Below, piece by piece: positions 51,510-61,256 of a stretch of DNA of 64,000 bases; within the stretch, counting starts at the first letter, position 1; each line of letters begins with the position of its first letter. The translations under genes and the position numbers were made by a program. The stretch lies in NCBI GenBank assembly GCA_964420405.1, contig CAYQTL010000004.1, forward strand, positions 71,706-135,705, in the 5' to 3' direction. The notes under the pieces are model-generated. The model searched no databases. It was given only the letters and a program-made list of their open reading frames with translations, and was not told the origin of the DNA. This DNA is from an uncultured Thermoanaerobaculia bacterium (GTDB lineage Bacteria > Acidobacteriota > Thermoanaerobaculia > Thermoanaerobaculales > Sulfomarinibacteraceae).

Positions 51510-54257
51510 CTAGAAGCGGTATCGAAGGCCCAGCTGGACCTCCCTCGGGTTGAGCGTCGCCCGGTAGTTGCCGAAGTTCGGGTTGTTCACGTACGCCGCC
51601 GTCGGGTTGGCGAGCGTCGGACCTGCGAAGAACTCCGCGTTGTCGACGGACGTCACGTCGTAGTTGGTCCAGTCGAACAGGTTGAACGCCTCGACGATGA
51701 GCTCGAGCTCGCCGGCGTCGCCGAACCGGAAGGCCTTTGCGAGCCGCAGGCTGACCGACTTGAACTCGGGTCCGTCCATGCTGTTGCGCTCGACGCCGGC
51801 GGGGCGGTCCGAGTTCTTGCCGTCGCCGTTGAAGTCGTAGCCGAGGATGTGGTTCCACGGCTGGCCGGTGCCGTACTCGAGGATCGGCGCGATGGTGATG
51901 TCCCACGGCGCGAAGAACACGCCCGAGATCACCACGCGGAGCTCCTCGTCGGAACGGCTGCGTCCCCACTCGCCCTCGATGTTCGCCGGATCCGACGGGT
52001 AGCCGGTCGGGAACGCCGGGCTGAAGTCGTCGGCGATGTTCTTCTTGTCCGAGTAGGTCGCCGACGCCGTGATGAGGTGGCCGGCGTCACCGATGGTGCC
52101 GTTCACGCTCAGCACCACCGCCTTGTACTCCGAGTGACCTTCGTTGGAGTACACGTTGATCTGGTTGTAGCTCGGGTTGAGCCGCACCGGGTTCTGGTTG
52201 CCGCCGAAGTTCTGGTCGCGGATCACGATCTCGTTCTCTCCCTCGACCCAGACCCCCTCCAGATCGGCGTACAGCGCGGTCTCGCCGAGCCGCTGGGTGA
52301 AGCCGAGGGTCGCCTGCAGCGACTCGGGGGTCCGCAGGCTGTCCTCCATCAGGGTGATGTCGGGGTTCAGTGCGAAGCCGGTGTTCTCCGGATCGTTGGG
52401 ATCGATGAAGATGCCGAACTGGGGCAGCGCCACGTTGGTGCGCGTGACGCGCCCGGTGACGCCGTTCTGCTGCTCCTCGGTGAACTGGGGCACCAGCAGG
52501 TAGCGTCCCGCGAACAGGCCGACGCCGCCGCGCATCACGCTACGGCCGTCGCCCGACAGGTCCCAGCTGAAGCCGGCCCGGGGCTGGAAGTTGTTCCCGT
52601 CGACCGACCGGCGGCCGGTCAGCGGGTGGACGAAGTCCGGGTTGTTGCCGTCGGTGTCGTAGTCGTAGCGCATGCCGAAGCTGAACGTGAAGTTGGGCGT
52701 CACGCGCCAGTCGTCGTGGACGAACGCGCTGAAGATGTCGGTGTCGACGTCCACGTCTGACGAGCCCTCGCCGTAGATGTAGGCCGCCAGGAACGAGCGG
52801 TCGTCGAACGCCCACAGGAAGAGCCCCTCCTGGAAGGTGTCGATCACCGAGCGCTCGGCGACGTTGAACCACGACGCGCCCACCTTGAGGTCGTGCGAGC
52901 CGACCTGCCAGTGGAAGGTGTCGCGCAGCTCGAAGTAGTCGCCCTCACCGATCAGGTCGCCGACGGTGTTGTTGCCGATCCGCAGCGTGGTGCCGCCGGA
53001 GAACCACTCCTCGGGCTCACTGGAGTTGGTGGGCTCGTCGTAGTCGCGGCTGCCGATCTGGAACCGCGCCTCGTTGAGCCGGCTGCCGTCGCCGAGGACC
53101 CAGGTGTTGCCGAGCGTGAGGTTCCAGTTGTCGCGGTTCAGCGCCTGGCCGTTGGAGACGTCCGCCACCCCGCCCACCCGGAAGTTCTCCTCCCGGTACC
53201 GCTCGTACACCAGCTTGGCCATGCCGCTGATGGACGAGGTGAACTGGTGGTCCAGGCTGAGCAGACCGAGGGTCCGCTCCTTCGGGTTCGCGTAGTCGGT
53301 CGCCTGGTCCGCGAACGCGCCGCCCGGCCGGAAGGGGGCGATGTCCTCCTCGTCGATGTACTCCAGCGACAGGAAGTAGTGGGTCTTGTCGGGCACGATC
53401 GGGCCACCGATGGTGGCGCCGACCTGATAGCGCTGGAAGTCCTGCTCGCCGGTCTCGAGCTCGCCGGTGGCGCGCATCGAGTCGTCCCGGTAGAAGCCGA
53501 ACACGGAGCCGTGGACCTCGTTCGTGCCCGACTTGGTGACCACCGACAGGGCGCCGCCGGCCGAGCCGCCGATCTCCGAGTCGAACCGGCTGCTGACGAC
53601 CCGGAACTCGCGGATCGCGTCCTGGGAGAACCGCGCCCGCGACAGGCCGAGCGCCTGGTCGGTGAACTCGACGCCGTCGACCAGGATCGACGACTGGCTG
53701 GCGTTGCCGCCGGCGCCGATCACCGGCCCGCCGCCGATGAAGCGGAAGGCGCCGCGCTCGCGCTGTACGCCCGGGGTGATGAAGGCGAGCTTCTCGAACT
53801 CGCGATCCTGCACCGGCAGCGCCTGGATCTGCTCGGGCACCACGTTCGTCGACGAGTCGACCTTGAAGACGTCGACGATCGGCGCCTCGGCGGTGACGGT
53901 GATGGTCTCCGACACCTGGCCCCGCATCCTCATCACCAGCCGCGCGGTCTGGCCGACCCGCAGCACCACCTCGTCCTGGACCACCGGCGCGAACCCGTCG
54001 AGGTTCGCCTCCACCCGGTAGGTCCCCGGCGGCAGGGCCTTGAAGGTGGCGGCGCCGGTCTCGTTGCAGATGCCGATCCGCTCGGCGCCGGTCTCCGTGT
54101 TCTCGACCCGGACCGTCACGCCGGGCAAGGCCAGTGCGTCCGCGTCCCGGACCTCCACCTCCACGACACCGGTGCTGACCTGCGCCGACGCCGGCACCGC
54201 CAGCGCCAGCAGCACGACCGGCACCACCCAGCGACACACGACCCCAAACCCTCTCAT
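51510..54257 (-). CDS. TonB-dependent receptor with an N-terminal carboxypeptidase-regulatory-like domain (Oar-like)
   Basis: Track ORF 51510..54602, trimmed to ATG 54257 (GGGGAGGA upstream). Signal peptide MRGFGVVCRWVVPVVLLALAVPASA. CarboxypepD_reg-like GVVEVEVRDADALALPGVTVRVEN...PGTYRVEA. Plug region and C-terminal beta-barrel ending LGLRYRF. Confidence 0.85.
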   Translation of the reverse strand: MRGFGVVCRWVVPVVLLALAVPASAQVSTGVVEVEVRDADALALPGVTVRVENTETGAERIGICNETGAATFKALPPGTYRVEANLDGFAPVVQDEVVLRVGQTARLVMRMRGQVSETITVTAEAPIVDVFKVDSSTNVVPEQIQALPVQDREFEKLAFITPGVQRERGAFRFIGGGPVIGAGGNASQSSILVDGVEFTDQALGLSRARFSQDAIREFRVVSSRFDSEIGGSAGGALSVVTKSGTNEVHGSVFGFYRDDSMRATGELETGEQDFQRYQVGATIGGPIVPDKTHYFLSLEYIDEEDIAPFRPGGAFADQATDYANPKERTLGLLSLDHQFTSSISGMAKLVYERYREENFRVGGVADVSNGQALNRDNWNLTLGNTWVLGDGSRLNEARFQIGSRDYDEPTNSSEPEEWFSGGTTLRIGNNTVGDLIGEGDYFELRDTFHWQVGSHDLKVGASWFNVAERSVIDTFQEGLFLWAFDDRSFLAAYIYGEGSSDVDVDTDIFSAFVHDDWRVTPNFTFSFGMRYDYDTDGNNPDFVHPLTGRRSVDGNNFQPRAGFSWDLSGDGRSVMRGGVGLFAGRYLLVPQFTEEQQNGVTGRVTRTNVALPQFGIFIDPNDPENTGFALNPDITLMEDSLRTPESLQATLGFTQRLGETALYADLEGVWVEGENEIVIRDQNFGGNQNPVRLNPSYNQINVYSNEGHSEYKAVVLSVNGTIGDAGHLITASATYSDKKNIADDFSPAFPTGYPSDPANIEGEWGRSRSDEELRVVISGVFFAPWDITIAPILEYGTGQPWNHILGYDFNGDGKNSDRPAGVERNSMDGPEFKSVSLRLAKAFRFGDAGELELIVEAFNLFDWTNYDVTSVDNAEFFAGPTLANPTAAYVNNPNFGNYRATLNPREVQLGLRYRF

Positions 54258-54270
54258 GATGTCCTCCCCT

Positions 54271-54948
54271 TCAGTCGTCCGTCGCCGAAGCGACGGCGCC
54301 GCCCCCGGCGGATGCCGGCGCTTCCCCGCGCGGGAGCACGCCGTACCGGAGGATGCGGATGAACTCGTCCACCGCCTGCGAGGCGTCCATGCCGAAGTGC
54401 ATGGGTACCCCGAAGCACTTCTCGACCGTGTAGAAGTAGTAGAGCCAGCGGGTCGCCACCATGACGCCCACCAGAGGGTCGACGGCGCCGAGGCGGCCAT
54501 CCCTCCGGCGCTGCTCGAACGACGCGCTGTAGGCCTCGCGAAACCGCTCGGCCATCGTCTCGTAGAACCGGCGGATATGCTTGCCCCGAAACTCGATGAC
54601 ATCGATGAAGATGAGCATGATCGACGGCGCGTCGTCCTCGACGTTGGCCTCGATGGCCTCCGCCATTCGCTCGAGGTCGTCCGGGAAGCCCGCCTGGTTG
54701 AACACCTGCTGGAGACGGTTGCCGGGATCCAGCAGCCGGTCCCAGTAGTCGTCGATGAGCTGCTGGAAGATCGCCTCCTTGGAGCCGAAGTGGTGGTAGA
54801 GGTTGCCCACCGAGATCCCGCTCGCGGCCGAGATCTGGCGCATCGAGGTGGCGCCGTAGCCCTGGCGCGAGAACAGCTCGAGCGCCGTCTCGCGAGCCCG
54901 CGCGATCGCGACCTCCGACCGTTCCGCCTGGCGTCCGTTACCCTTCAC
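54271..54948 (-). CDS. TetR/AcrR family transcriptional regulator
   Basis: 225 aa, GTG start. HTH region ALELFSRQGYGATSMRQISAASGISVGNLYHHFGSKEAIF. Confidence 0.85.
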   Translation of the reverse strand: MKGNGRQAERSEVAIARARETALELFSRQGYGATSMRQISAASGISVGNLYHHFGSKEAIFQQLIDDYWDRLLDPGNRLQQVFNQAGFPDDLERMAEAIEANVEDDAPSIMLIFIDVIEFRGKHIRRFYETMAERFREAYSASFEQRRRDGRLGAVDPLVGVMVATRWLYYFYTVEKCFGVPMHFGMDASQAVDEFIRILRYGVLPRGEAPASAGGGAVASATDD

Positions 54949-54954
54949 TTTGAC

Positions 54955-54972
54955 AAACCGAACGTTCGTTTT
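54955..54972. promoter_or_regulatory. Candidate TetR operator: 18-bp near-perfect palindrome aaaccgaacgttcgtttt, 7 nt upstream of the TetR start
   Basis: Read directly, with one mismatched pair. It sits in a locally AT-richer stretch (tttgacaaaccgaacgttcgttttggaatata) that also contains ttgaca and a -10-like aatata. Confidence 0.5.
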
Positions 54973-55294
54973 GGAATATAGGGCCGGCCGCGGCTCCCGT
55001 CAAGGCCGGCCGCAGGGTTCGTCCGGGACGACCGGGAGGATCGGCACGATCCCGTGGGCTCGGGGCGATCCTCGTCCCTCCCGGTACGCCGTGGCACCCG
55101 GAGGTGCACGGGTCGCCTCGCGTTCGCCATCCCGCCCGGCGCCATCCGGGACATCCACCCTCGGCACCGCCCCTGATCCTGCCGTTACCCCTGTCGTGGA
55201 CGCCGGCACACGGAGCGCGCCGACCCGGCGGGCCCGGCACGGGAGTTGCTCCCGGCGATCCAACAACGGCGAGCCGAGTGCCGCAGGAGGTCCG

Positions 55295-57322
55295 ATGGCA
55301 GAACCCACGTCCCGTCACCCACTGTGCGCCCCCGGGGCCGTCCGCCACCGACCGGAGCACCTCCGGCCGCAAGGCCACCCCCTCGGCGTGCCGTCCCGTG
55401 CAGGAGCCCCATCACGCCTGCCCGCGGTCGTCCTGTCTACAGCGCTGGTGCTGGCCCCGACCGCTCCCGGAGCTGCGGCCGACCTCTCCGTGTGGACCCA
55501 CCGCCACCGCGGAACGCTGCCGACGGACCTCCGGGCGATCGCGGTGTCGCCGTCGGGGTCCCGGGTGGTCGCGGTCGGGACCGACGGCGGCGCGGCCTGG
55601 AGCCACGACGGCGGCGCGTCCTGGAGCTTCGCCCACCTCGGGACCGCCGCCGACGCCACCGGCGTCGCCTTCCAGGACGACAGTCGCGTCTGGGCGACCG
55701 GCGAGCTGCCGTCGGGCTGGACCGCCTCCGGGGTGCTGCTGCGCTCGGACGACGGCGGTCGGACGTGGACCACCGCGGTGTCCGACCACCCAGTGCCGCT
55801 GACATCGGTCGCGTTCGCCGACGCCGATCACGGAGTCGCCGGTCAGCCTGTTGACGGTTTCCTCGAGACGACCGACGGCGGCACGACCTGGGTCGCGGTC
55901 GGCCACCCGGGCCTCGGCCTGGCCGCCGTCGAGTTCGTCGACCCGCTGCTCGGTCTCGCCGCGGGCACCGGCTTCGACTTCACGCTGTCGCGGACCACCG
56001 ACGGCGGCTCGAGCTGGACACAGGTGTACACCTGCCCCGACGGGACGATCACCGGGCTGTCGGTTCCCGACGGCCTCACCGGGTACCTCGCGTCGCCGGT
56101 GTCGGTGGCGCGGACGGTCGACGCCGGCGCGAGCTGGAGCCCGCGGGCGGCGATCCCCGCGACCTGGATCGACGATCTGGCGTTCGCCGACCCTCTGAAC
56201 GGCTGGATCGGGGGGATTCGCCAGGCGGGGAACGACCGCCGCGGCACGATCGTCGCGACCTCGGACGGCGGCGCGACCTGGAGCGACCGCGGCCTCGACG
56301 AGCCTGACCGGATCGCGGCGCTCGCGGTCGCTCCCGGTCCGGTCGTGCTCGGCGCCGGCGGCGGGGGCACCGTGCTGCGATCGACCGACGGCGGCGTCAC
56401 GTTCCGCGATGTCGCCGGGACGCCGGCCAACCACCTCCGGGATCTGCTGCTCGACTCGGCCACCGCCGGCTGGGCGGTCGGCCCCACGGGGGCGGTCCAC
56501 CGCACGACCGACGGCGGACGGTCCTGGACGGTCGCAGGCGGCCATGGCGCCGGCACCCTCGAGTCGGTCGTCCGCGCCACCGGATCGACCCTGTACGCGT
56601 GCGGCTCGTACGCGTTCGTCGCGTCGGACGACGACGGCGCGAGCTGGCAGATGCGATATACGTATCTCGACTGCCACGTCCTGTGGTTCGAGACTGCGCT
56701 GGTCGGCCTCGCCGGCACCCGCTACGGCGTCTTCCGGACCGACGACGGCGGCACGACCTGGACCATCGCCGACAACGGCGGAACCGGCACCGGCGGCGTG
56801 TTCGACCTCGAGATGCTCGACGCCTCCCACGGCTTCGCCGCCGCCGGCATCGGCACCGTCCTCGAGACCGTGGACGGCGGCCTCCACTGGCAGGTGGTCC
56901 ACTCGGAGCCGCCCGGATTCATCTCCTACCTGCTCGGCATCGACTTCTCGAGCGCGTCCGTCGGCTGGGCGGTCGGGATGGATGGCGTGGTCCTGAAAAC
57001 GACCGACGGCGGCGCGAGCTGGGTCCACCAGTCGAGCGGGACCACCGCCGATCTCCACGACGTCCGCGCGCTCGGCCCGGCCGAGGTGCTGGTCGTCGGC
57101 GAAGGCGGCCTGCTGCTGACGACCTCGGACGGGGGCGCCTCCTGGCAGATCGCCGACTCGGGCACCTCCGCCGACCTGTGGGCGATCGCCCTGGCCGACC
57201 CTGCGACCCCGCTCGTCTCCGGCGACTGGGGCACTCTCCTCGAGCCCGGCGACCCCGCCCTCGTGTTCGCCGACGGCTTCGAGAGCGGCGACTCGACGCT
57301 CTGGTCCACCACCGTGCCGTGA
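55295..57322 (+). CDS. Secreted BNR/Asp-box repeat protein, Ycf48/photosystem II stability factor-like double beta-propeller, ending in a FADGFESGDSTLWS tail
   Basis: Track ORF 54950..57322, trimmed to ATG 55295 (AGGAGG 4 nt upstream). More than 10 repeats of the S.DGG.(S/T)W type (SHDGGASW, SDDGGRTW, TTDGGTTW, TTDGGSSW, TSDGGATW, TTDGGRSW ...). Confidence 0.75.
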   Translation: MAEPTSRHPLCAPGAVRHRPEHLRPQGHPLGVPSRAGAPSRLPAVVLSTALVLAPTAPGAAADLSVWTHRHRGTLPTDLRAIAVSPSGSRVVAVGTDGGAAWSHDGGASWSFAHLGTAADATGVAFQDDSRVWATGELPSGWTASGVLLRSDDGGRTWTTAVSDHPVPLTSVAFADADHGVAGQPVDGFLETTDGGTTWVAVGHPGLGLAAVEFVDPLLGLAAGTGFDFTLSRTTDGGSSWTQVYTCPDGTITGLSVPDGLTGYLASPVSVARTVDAGASWSPRAAIPATWIDDLAFADPLNGWIGGIRQAGNDRRGTIVATSDGGATWSDRGLDEPDRIAALAVAPGPVVLGAGGGGTVLRSTDGGVTFRDVAGTPANHLRDLLLDSATAGWAVGPTGAVHRTTDGGRSWTVAGGHGAGTLESVVRATGSTLYACGSYAFVASDDDGASWQMRYTYLDCHVLWFETALVGLAGTRYGVFRTDDGGTTWTIADNGGTGTGGVFDLEMLDASHGFAAAGIGTVLETVDGGLHWQVVHSEPPGFISYLLGIDFSSASVGWAVGMDGVVLKTTDGGASWVHQSSGTTADLHDVRALGPAEVLVVGEGGLLLTTSDGGASWQIADSGTSADLWAIALADPATPLVSGDWGTLLEPGDPALVFADGFESGDSTLWSTTVP

Positions 57323-57372
57323 CCGCCGGAGGTCCCGGGGAAGCCTGCGACCTCGTGGCGCCGCCCCCCGGG

Positions 57373-57499
57373 GCTGTACCCTGTCGCTGACGATTCCGCT
57401 GACGCTGACCCTGTCGCTGACGTCGTCCCTGTCACTGCCCCTGCTCCTGACTTCGAGCCGTCGACCATCGGGAACGGGATCGGGATCGGGATCGGATCC
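57373..57499. repeat. Composite hexamer array: about 14 units of CTGNCG flavour (ccctgtcgctgacg occurs twice, 30 bp apart), then gggaac gggatc gggatc gggatc ggatcc
   Basis: Read directly. It lies between convergent gene ends (57322 and 57606). Confidence 0.7.
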
Positions 57500-57605
57500 G
57501 CGACACCCACCACTCACTGCGGCAGGCGCAGCAATCAGCGGCAGCAGCAGCGACAGCGCCAGGACCGGCACATAGGCGGTCGGTCGGGGTAACCCGCGTC
57601 CCTGG

Positions 57606-59879
57606 TCAGCGCCGGCGCCTGGGCGGCTTCGCGCCGCGGTCGCCGGTGCGCCCGCGGGGCGGCTTCTTCGGACGCGCCTTGCGGTCGGCGCCGCTCGGGC
57701 GGCGCCGCTCGGGCGGCGGTCCAGCGGGCACCAGCTCGACCTGGTGGGTGATCGGGTCCACCCGCACCACCTGCACCCGGATCGGATCGCCCAGCCGCCA
57801 CACGCGGCCGGAACGTTCCCCCACCAGGCGGTGATGGTCGGGGTCGTGCTCGTAGTGGTCGTCGAGCAGCTCGGAGACGTGCACCAGGCCGTCGACGAAC
57901 ACGCCGGCCAGCTCCACGAACAGGCCGAACGGCGTCGCCCCGGTGACGAACCCGTCGAAGGTCTCACCGACCCGGCCGGCGAGCCACGCCACCGCCTTCC
58001 AGCGGACCGCCGTGCGCTCGGCGGACTCGGCCCGCCGCTCCGACTCCGAGCACGACTGCCCGAGCCGCTCGAACCGCTCGTGCAGCTGCGCCGCCTCCTC
58101 CTCCGGAACCGCGCGGCCCTCCTCCAGCAGCCGCAGCAGCATGCGGTGGACGACCAGGTCCGGGTAGCGCCGGATCGGCGACGTGAAGTGGACGTACTCG
58201 CGGGTCGCGAGGGCGTAGTGGCCGCGCGGCTCGGGCGAGTACAGCGCCTGAGCGAGCGAGCGCAGCACCAGGGTCGAGACCAGCCGCTCCTCTGGACGGC
58301 CGGCCACCTCGTCGAGCAGTGCCTGCAGGTCCCGCGGCGCGGGCCGGCCCTCCTCGCGCCGGAGCCGGAAGCCGAGCCGCTCGACCGTGTCGGCCAACGC
58401 CTCGACCCGCTGCGGGTCGGGATCGTCGTGGACCCGGTGCAACGCCGGCTGGCCTGCCTTCATCAGCAGGCGCGCCACCGCCGTGTTGCCCGCCACCATC
58501 AGCTCCTCGATCAGCCTGTGGGCGCGATGGCGTGCCGACGGCTGGATCGACTCCACCCGGCCCTCGGGGTCGAGCAGCACCACCGGCTCGGCGAGGTCGA
58601 AGTCGAGGCTGCCCCGCTGCCGGCGCGCCTTCCCCAGCCGGTCGGCGGCCTCCACCAGCTGCTCGAGCGAGTCGGCGAACGGGGCGGTCTCCGCCGGCCA
58701 CTCCGCCCGCGGCCGTTCGATCCATTCGAACACCTCGTCGTAGGTGCACCTCCGCCGCGACCGGATCACCGAGCGGAACGCACCCTGACGGACGATCCCG
58801 CCGTCGGGCGTGACCTCGAACCGGACGGTGAACGCCAGCCGATCCTCGTCAGGCCGCAGCGAGCACAGGTCGCCAGACAGCCGCTCGGGCAGCATCGGCA
58901 CGACCCGACCCGGCAGGTAGACGCTGGTCCCCCGCCGGCGCGCCTCGCGGTCGATCGGCGAGCCGAGCTCGACGAATCGGGCGACGTCGGCGATGTGGAC
59001 CTCCACCGCGATCCGGCCGCCCGACCCGGCACGCGCGTTGACCGCGTCGTCGAAGTCCCGCGCCGCCACCGGGTCGATGGTGATCACCGGCCGGTCGCGA
59101 AGGTCCTTGCGACCCTCCAGGTCGCCATCGGTCACCGCGAGGGGAAACGCTCGCGCCGCGATCTCGGCCTCCGGCGGCATCTCCACCGGGATCCGGTACA
59201 GCCGAAGCACCGCCCGCTCGTCCACGTCCGGCTCGCCGAACGCGCCGAGCACCTCCACCACGGTGCCGCTCGCACGGCCACGGGCGGTCGCCGTCGTGTC
59301 CAGGGCGACCACCACCACCTCGCCGTGACGCGGCTCCCGCTCGGCGGCGACCCTGGTCGGCAGCACCGCCACCTTCAGCCTCGGGTCGAGCGGCCGCACC
59401 ATCGGCCGCGGGCCGTCGACCGTCCACACCCCGACGACCTCCTCGCGGCGGCGCTCGAGCACCTTGACGACCACGCCCTCGCGCTTGCGCTGATCCCGCG
59501 CCTGTTGGCGGGGCGTCTCCAGGCGCACCTGCACCAGGTCGCCGTCGAACGCGCCCCGCAGGCCGCGCCGGCCGATCCAGATCGGCGCGCCGGGCCCCTC
59601 GGGGTCGACCGTCCCGTTGCCGTCCGCCGTCTGCCGAAGGCGGCCCGTCACCAGGTCCGACGCCTCCGCCGCCACGTACCGCTTGCCCCGCGCGACCACC
59701 ACGTGGCCGTCCCGTTCCAGTCGCTTCACGACCGGTCGCAGCAGCCGTCTGGCCTCGGAGCGGTCGACCCCGCTCTCACCCGCCAGGTGCGCCACCAGCA
59801 TCGTCAGCGACATCCCCTTGCGGCCCCGCCGCCGGATCAGCTGCAGGATCTCCCGGTCCAGGTCGCCTTCTCGCATCAT
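57606..59879 (-). CDS. rnr: Ribonuclease R (RNB-family 3'-5' exoribonuclease with a C-terminal S1 domain and basic tail)
   Basis: Track ORF 57606..60194, trimmed to ATG 59879 (MMREGDLDREILQLI). RNB motifs ITIDPVAARDFDDAV, TSVYLPGRVVPMLPERLS and HFTSPIRRYPDLVVHR. S1 region GFVTGATPFGLFVEL. Confidence 0.9.
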   Translation of the reverse strand: MMREGDLDREILQLIRRRGRKGMSLTMLVAHLAGESGVDRSEARRLLRPVVKRLERDGHVVVARGKRYVAAEASDLVTGRLRQTADGNGTVDPEGPGAPIWIGRRGLRGAFDGDLVQVRLETPRQQARDQRKREGVVVKVLERRREEVVGVWTVDGPRPMVRPLDPRLKVAVLPTRVAAEREPRHGEVVVVALDTTATARGRASGTVVEVLGAFGEPDVDERAVLRLYRIPVEMPPEAEIAARAFPLAVTDGDLEGRKDLRDRPVITIDPVAARDFDDAVNARAGSGGRIAVEVHIADVARFVELGSPIDREARRRGTSVYLPGRVVPMLPERLSGDLCSLRPDEDRLAFTVRFEVTPDGGIVRQGAFRSVIRSRRRCTYDEVFEWIERPRAEWPAETAPFADSLEQLVEAADRLGKARRQRGSLDFDLAEPVVLLDPEGRVESIQPSARHRAHRLIEELMVAGNTAVARLLMKAGQPALHRVHDDPDPQRVEALADTVERLGFRLRREEGRPAPRDLQALLDEVAGRPEERLVSTLVLRSLAQALYSPEPRGHYALATREYVHFTSPIRRYPDLVVHRMLLRLLEEGRAVPEEEAAQLHERFERLGQSCSESERRAESAERTAVRWKAVAWLAGRVGETFDGFVTGATPFGLFVELAGVFVDGLVHVSELLDDHYEHDPDHHRLVGERSGRVWRLGDPIRVQVVRVDPITHQVELVPAGPPPERRRPSGADRKARPKKPPRGRTGDRGAKPPRRRR

Positions 59880-59907
59880 GGCTCGCAGTCTACGCTTCCT
59901 TCCATCC

Positions 59908-60106
59908 GATCCCGATCCCGATCCCGATCCCGACGAGATGATCCGCCATCTCCGGGCCGACGGGGGCCGCTGGCTCTCACCCAGCTTCCCACGGCCGCCG
60001 AAGCTGCGACATGGGTGCAGGACCCAACACGGCTGGGGGCCTCGCAGCGTGATCGCCGTCCCGCCACGCTGCCACCGGGCGCGGGTACGGACACGGACGC
60101 GGGAGA
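59908..60106. repeat. HAE-like copy (about 199 bp). Left arm (gatccc)x4; right arm of the other flavour (gggtac ggacac ggacgc gggaga).
   Basis: Read directly, with boundaries CATCCGATCCCGAT and TCCCGACG. It lies between the rnr start and tRNA-Leu. Confidence 0.65.
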
Positions 60107-60164
60107 ACGCCGTCGCGGGTTGACACTCGAAGTCCCGGAACCTACACTCCGCCCTGCGCCGCGT

Positions 60165-60253
<89 letters not shown>

Positions 60254-60321
60254 GCACCCCCTGACCATCGGAGGCCGTCACGGCCCCTTTTTCGTGTCCG
60301 GCACCTGGCGTGCCGCGGCCC

Positions 60322-60448
60322 CGCTTCCCGCGTCCGCGTCCGTGCCCCCGTCCGTGTCCGATGCGACGAGCGCAGCGGCAGCGGCATCCGATTCCCGCGC
60401 GTCGCGGCGGTGGCGGCGACTTTCGGGCACGGACGCGGACGCGAGCTC
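60322..60448. repeat. CGTCCG-flavour element: an 18-bp perfect inverted repeat gcgtccgcgtccgtgccc (60330-60347) / gggcacggacgcggacgc (60425-60442) enclosing 77 nt
   Basis: Read directly. It starts about 70 nt downstream of tRNA-Leu. Confidence 0.8.
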
Positions 60449-60511
60449 GCTGGCACCCACGTCGAGCGTGTCGGCACGCGACCGCGATACACTCCCACCG
60501 TGACGATCCGC

Positions 60512-61051
60512 ATGACTCCGCGCGTGGGACCGCTCGTGGCACTCCTCGCGTGTGTGACCGCACCGGCGCTCTGCAACGACACCTGCCAGCAGTGGCTCGC
60601 GGGGTTCGCCGACTACGACCGCCGCGTGGAGGCGATCGTCGACGGCGAGCCCGAGCACCTGCTCCAGGACCTGCAGACCCTCCGGATCGAGCGGCTCGCG
60701 GGCAACCGCCTGGCGGCAGTGGCGGTTCGCACCGAGGTGGCCGCGACCACCGACGCGCTCGACGAGGTCGAGCCCCCCGCCGACCTGGCCACCTACCACG
60801 ACCGGCTGGTCGCGTTCCACCGCGCGGGTCTGGCCTCCGCCGACGCGTTCCTCAGCGATGACCTGGCGGACGACGCGCCCGCTCTCCGCGCGGTCCACGA
60901 GGCGCTGCTCGGGTACTTCGTCGAGGTCGAGTCCCTGCTCGTCGCCCACGACTGCCCCCCGGGAGACGTCGAGGCGGTCCAGGAGGCGATCCGCGGCCTG
61001 CGCCGGATCCTCGACACGGGCGCCCTGGAGCCTCCCAGCGCGGACCCCTGA
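60512..61051 (+). CDS. Hypothetical secreted/lipoprotein-like helical protein
   Basis: 3' part of track ORF 60206..61051, starting at ATG 60512 (GTG 60500 is also possible). N-terminus MTPRVGPLVALLACVTAPALC. Acidic helical remainder with plausible composition. Confidence 0.45.
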   Translation: MTPRVGPLVALLACVTAPALCNDTCQQWLAGFADYDRRVEAIVDGEPEHLLQDLQTLRIERLAGNRLAAVAVRTEVAATTDALDEVEPPADLATYHDRLVAFHRAGLASADAFLSDDLADDAPALRAVHEALLGYFVEVESLLVAHDCPPGDVEAVQEAIRGLRRILDTGALEPPSADP

Positions 61052-61149
61052 CACCCGTCAACGGAACTCCGCCGACGCCGCCTCAGAGAACCGCCCCGGC
61101 CCTTCCACCGCCGCGACCACCCCCTCTGACACGGACGGCACCGCCCGGC

Positions 61150-61256
61150 GCTGCACGCTGACACTGTCGTTGCCCCTGTCGCTGGGCAATGCCGCTGTCG
61201 CTGATCCCACCGCCGCCATCGGGTCCAGCACCCGGATCGGGGCAGGGATGGGAGGC
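61150..61256. repeat. Degenerate CTGNCG-flavour hexamer array (…cgctga cactgt cgttgc ccctgt cgctgg … ccgctg tcgctg atccca) followed by a weak G-rich arm (gggtcc … cggatc ggggca gggatg)
   Basis: Read directly. It shares ccctgtcgctg with the 57373 array. The boundaries are fuzzy. Confidence 0.4.
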
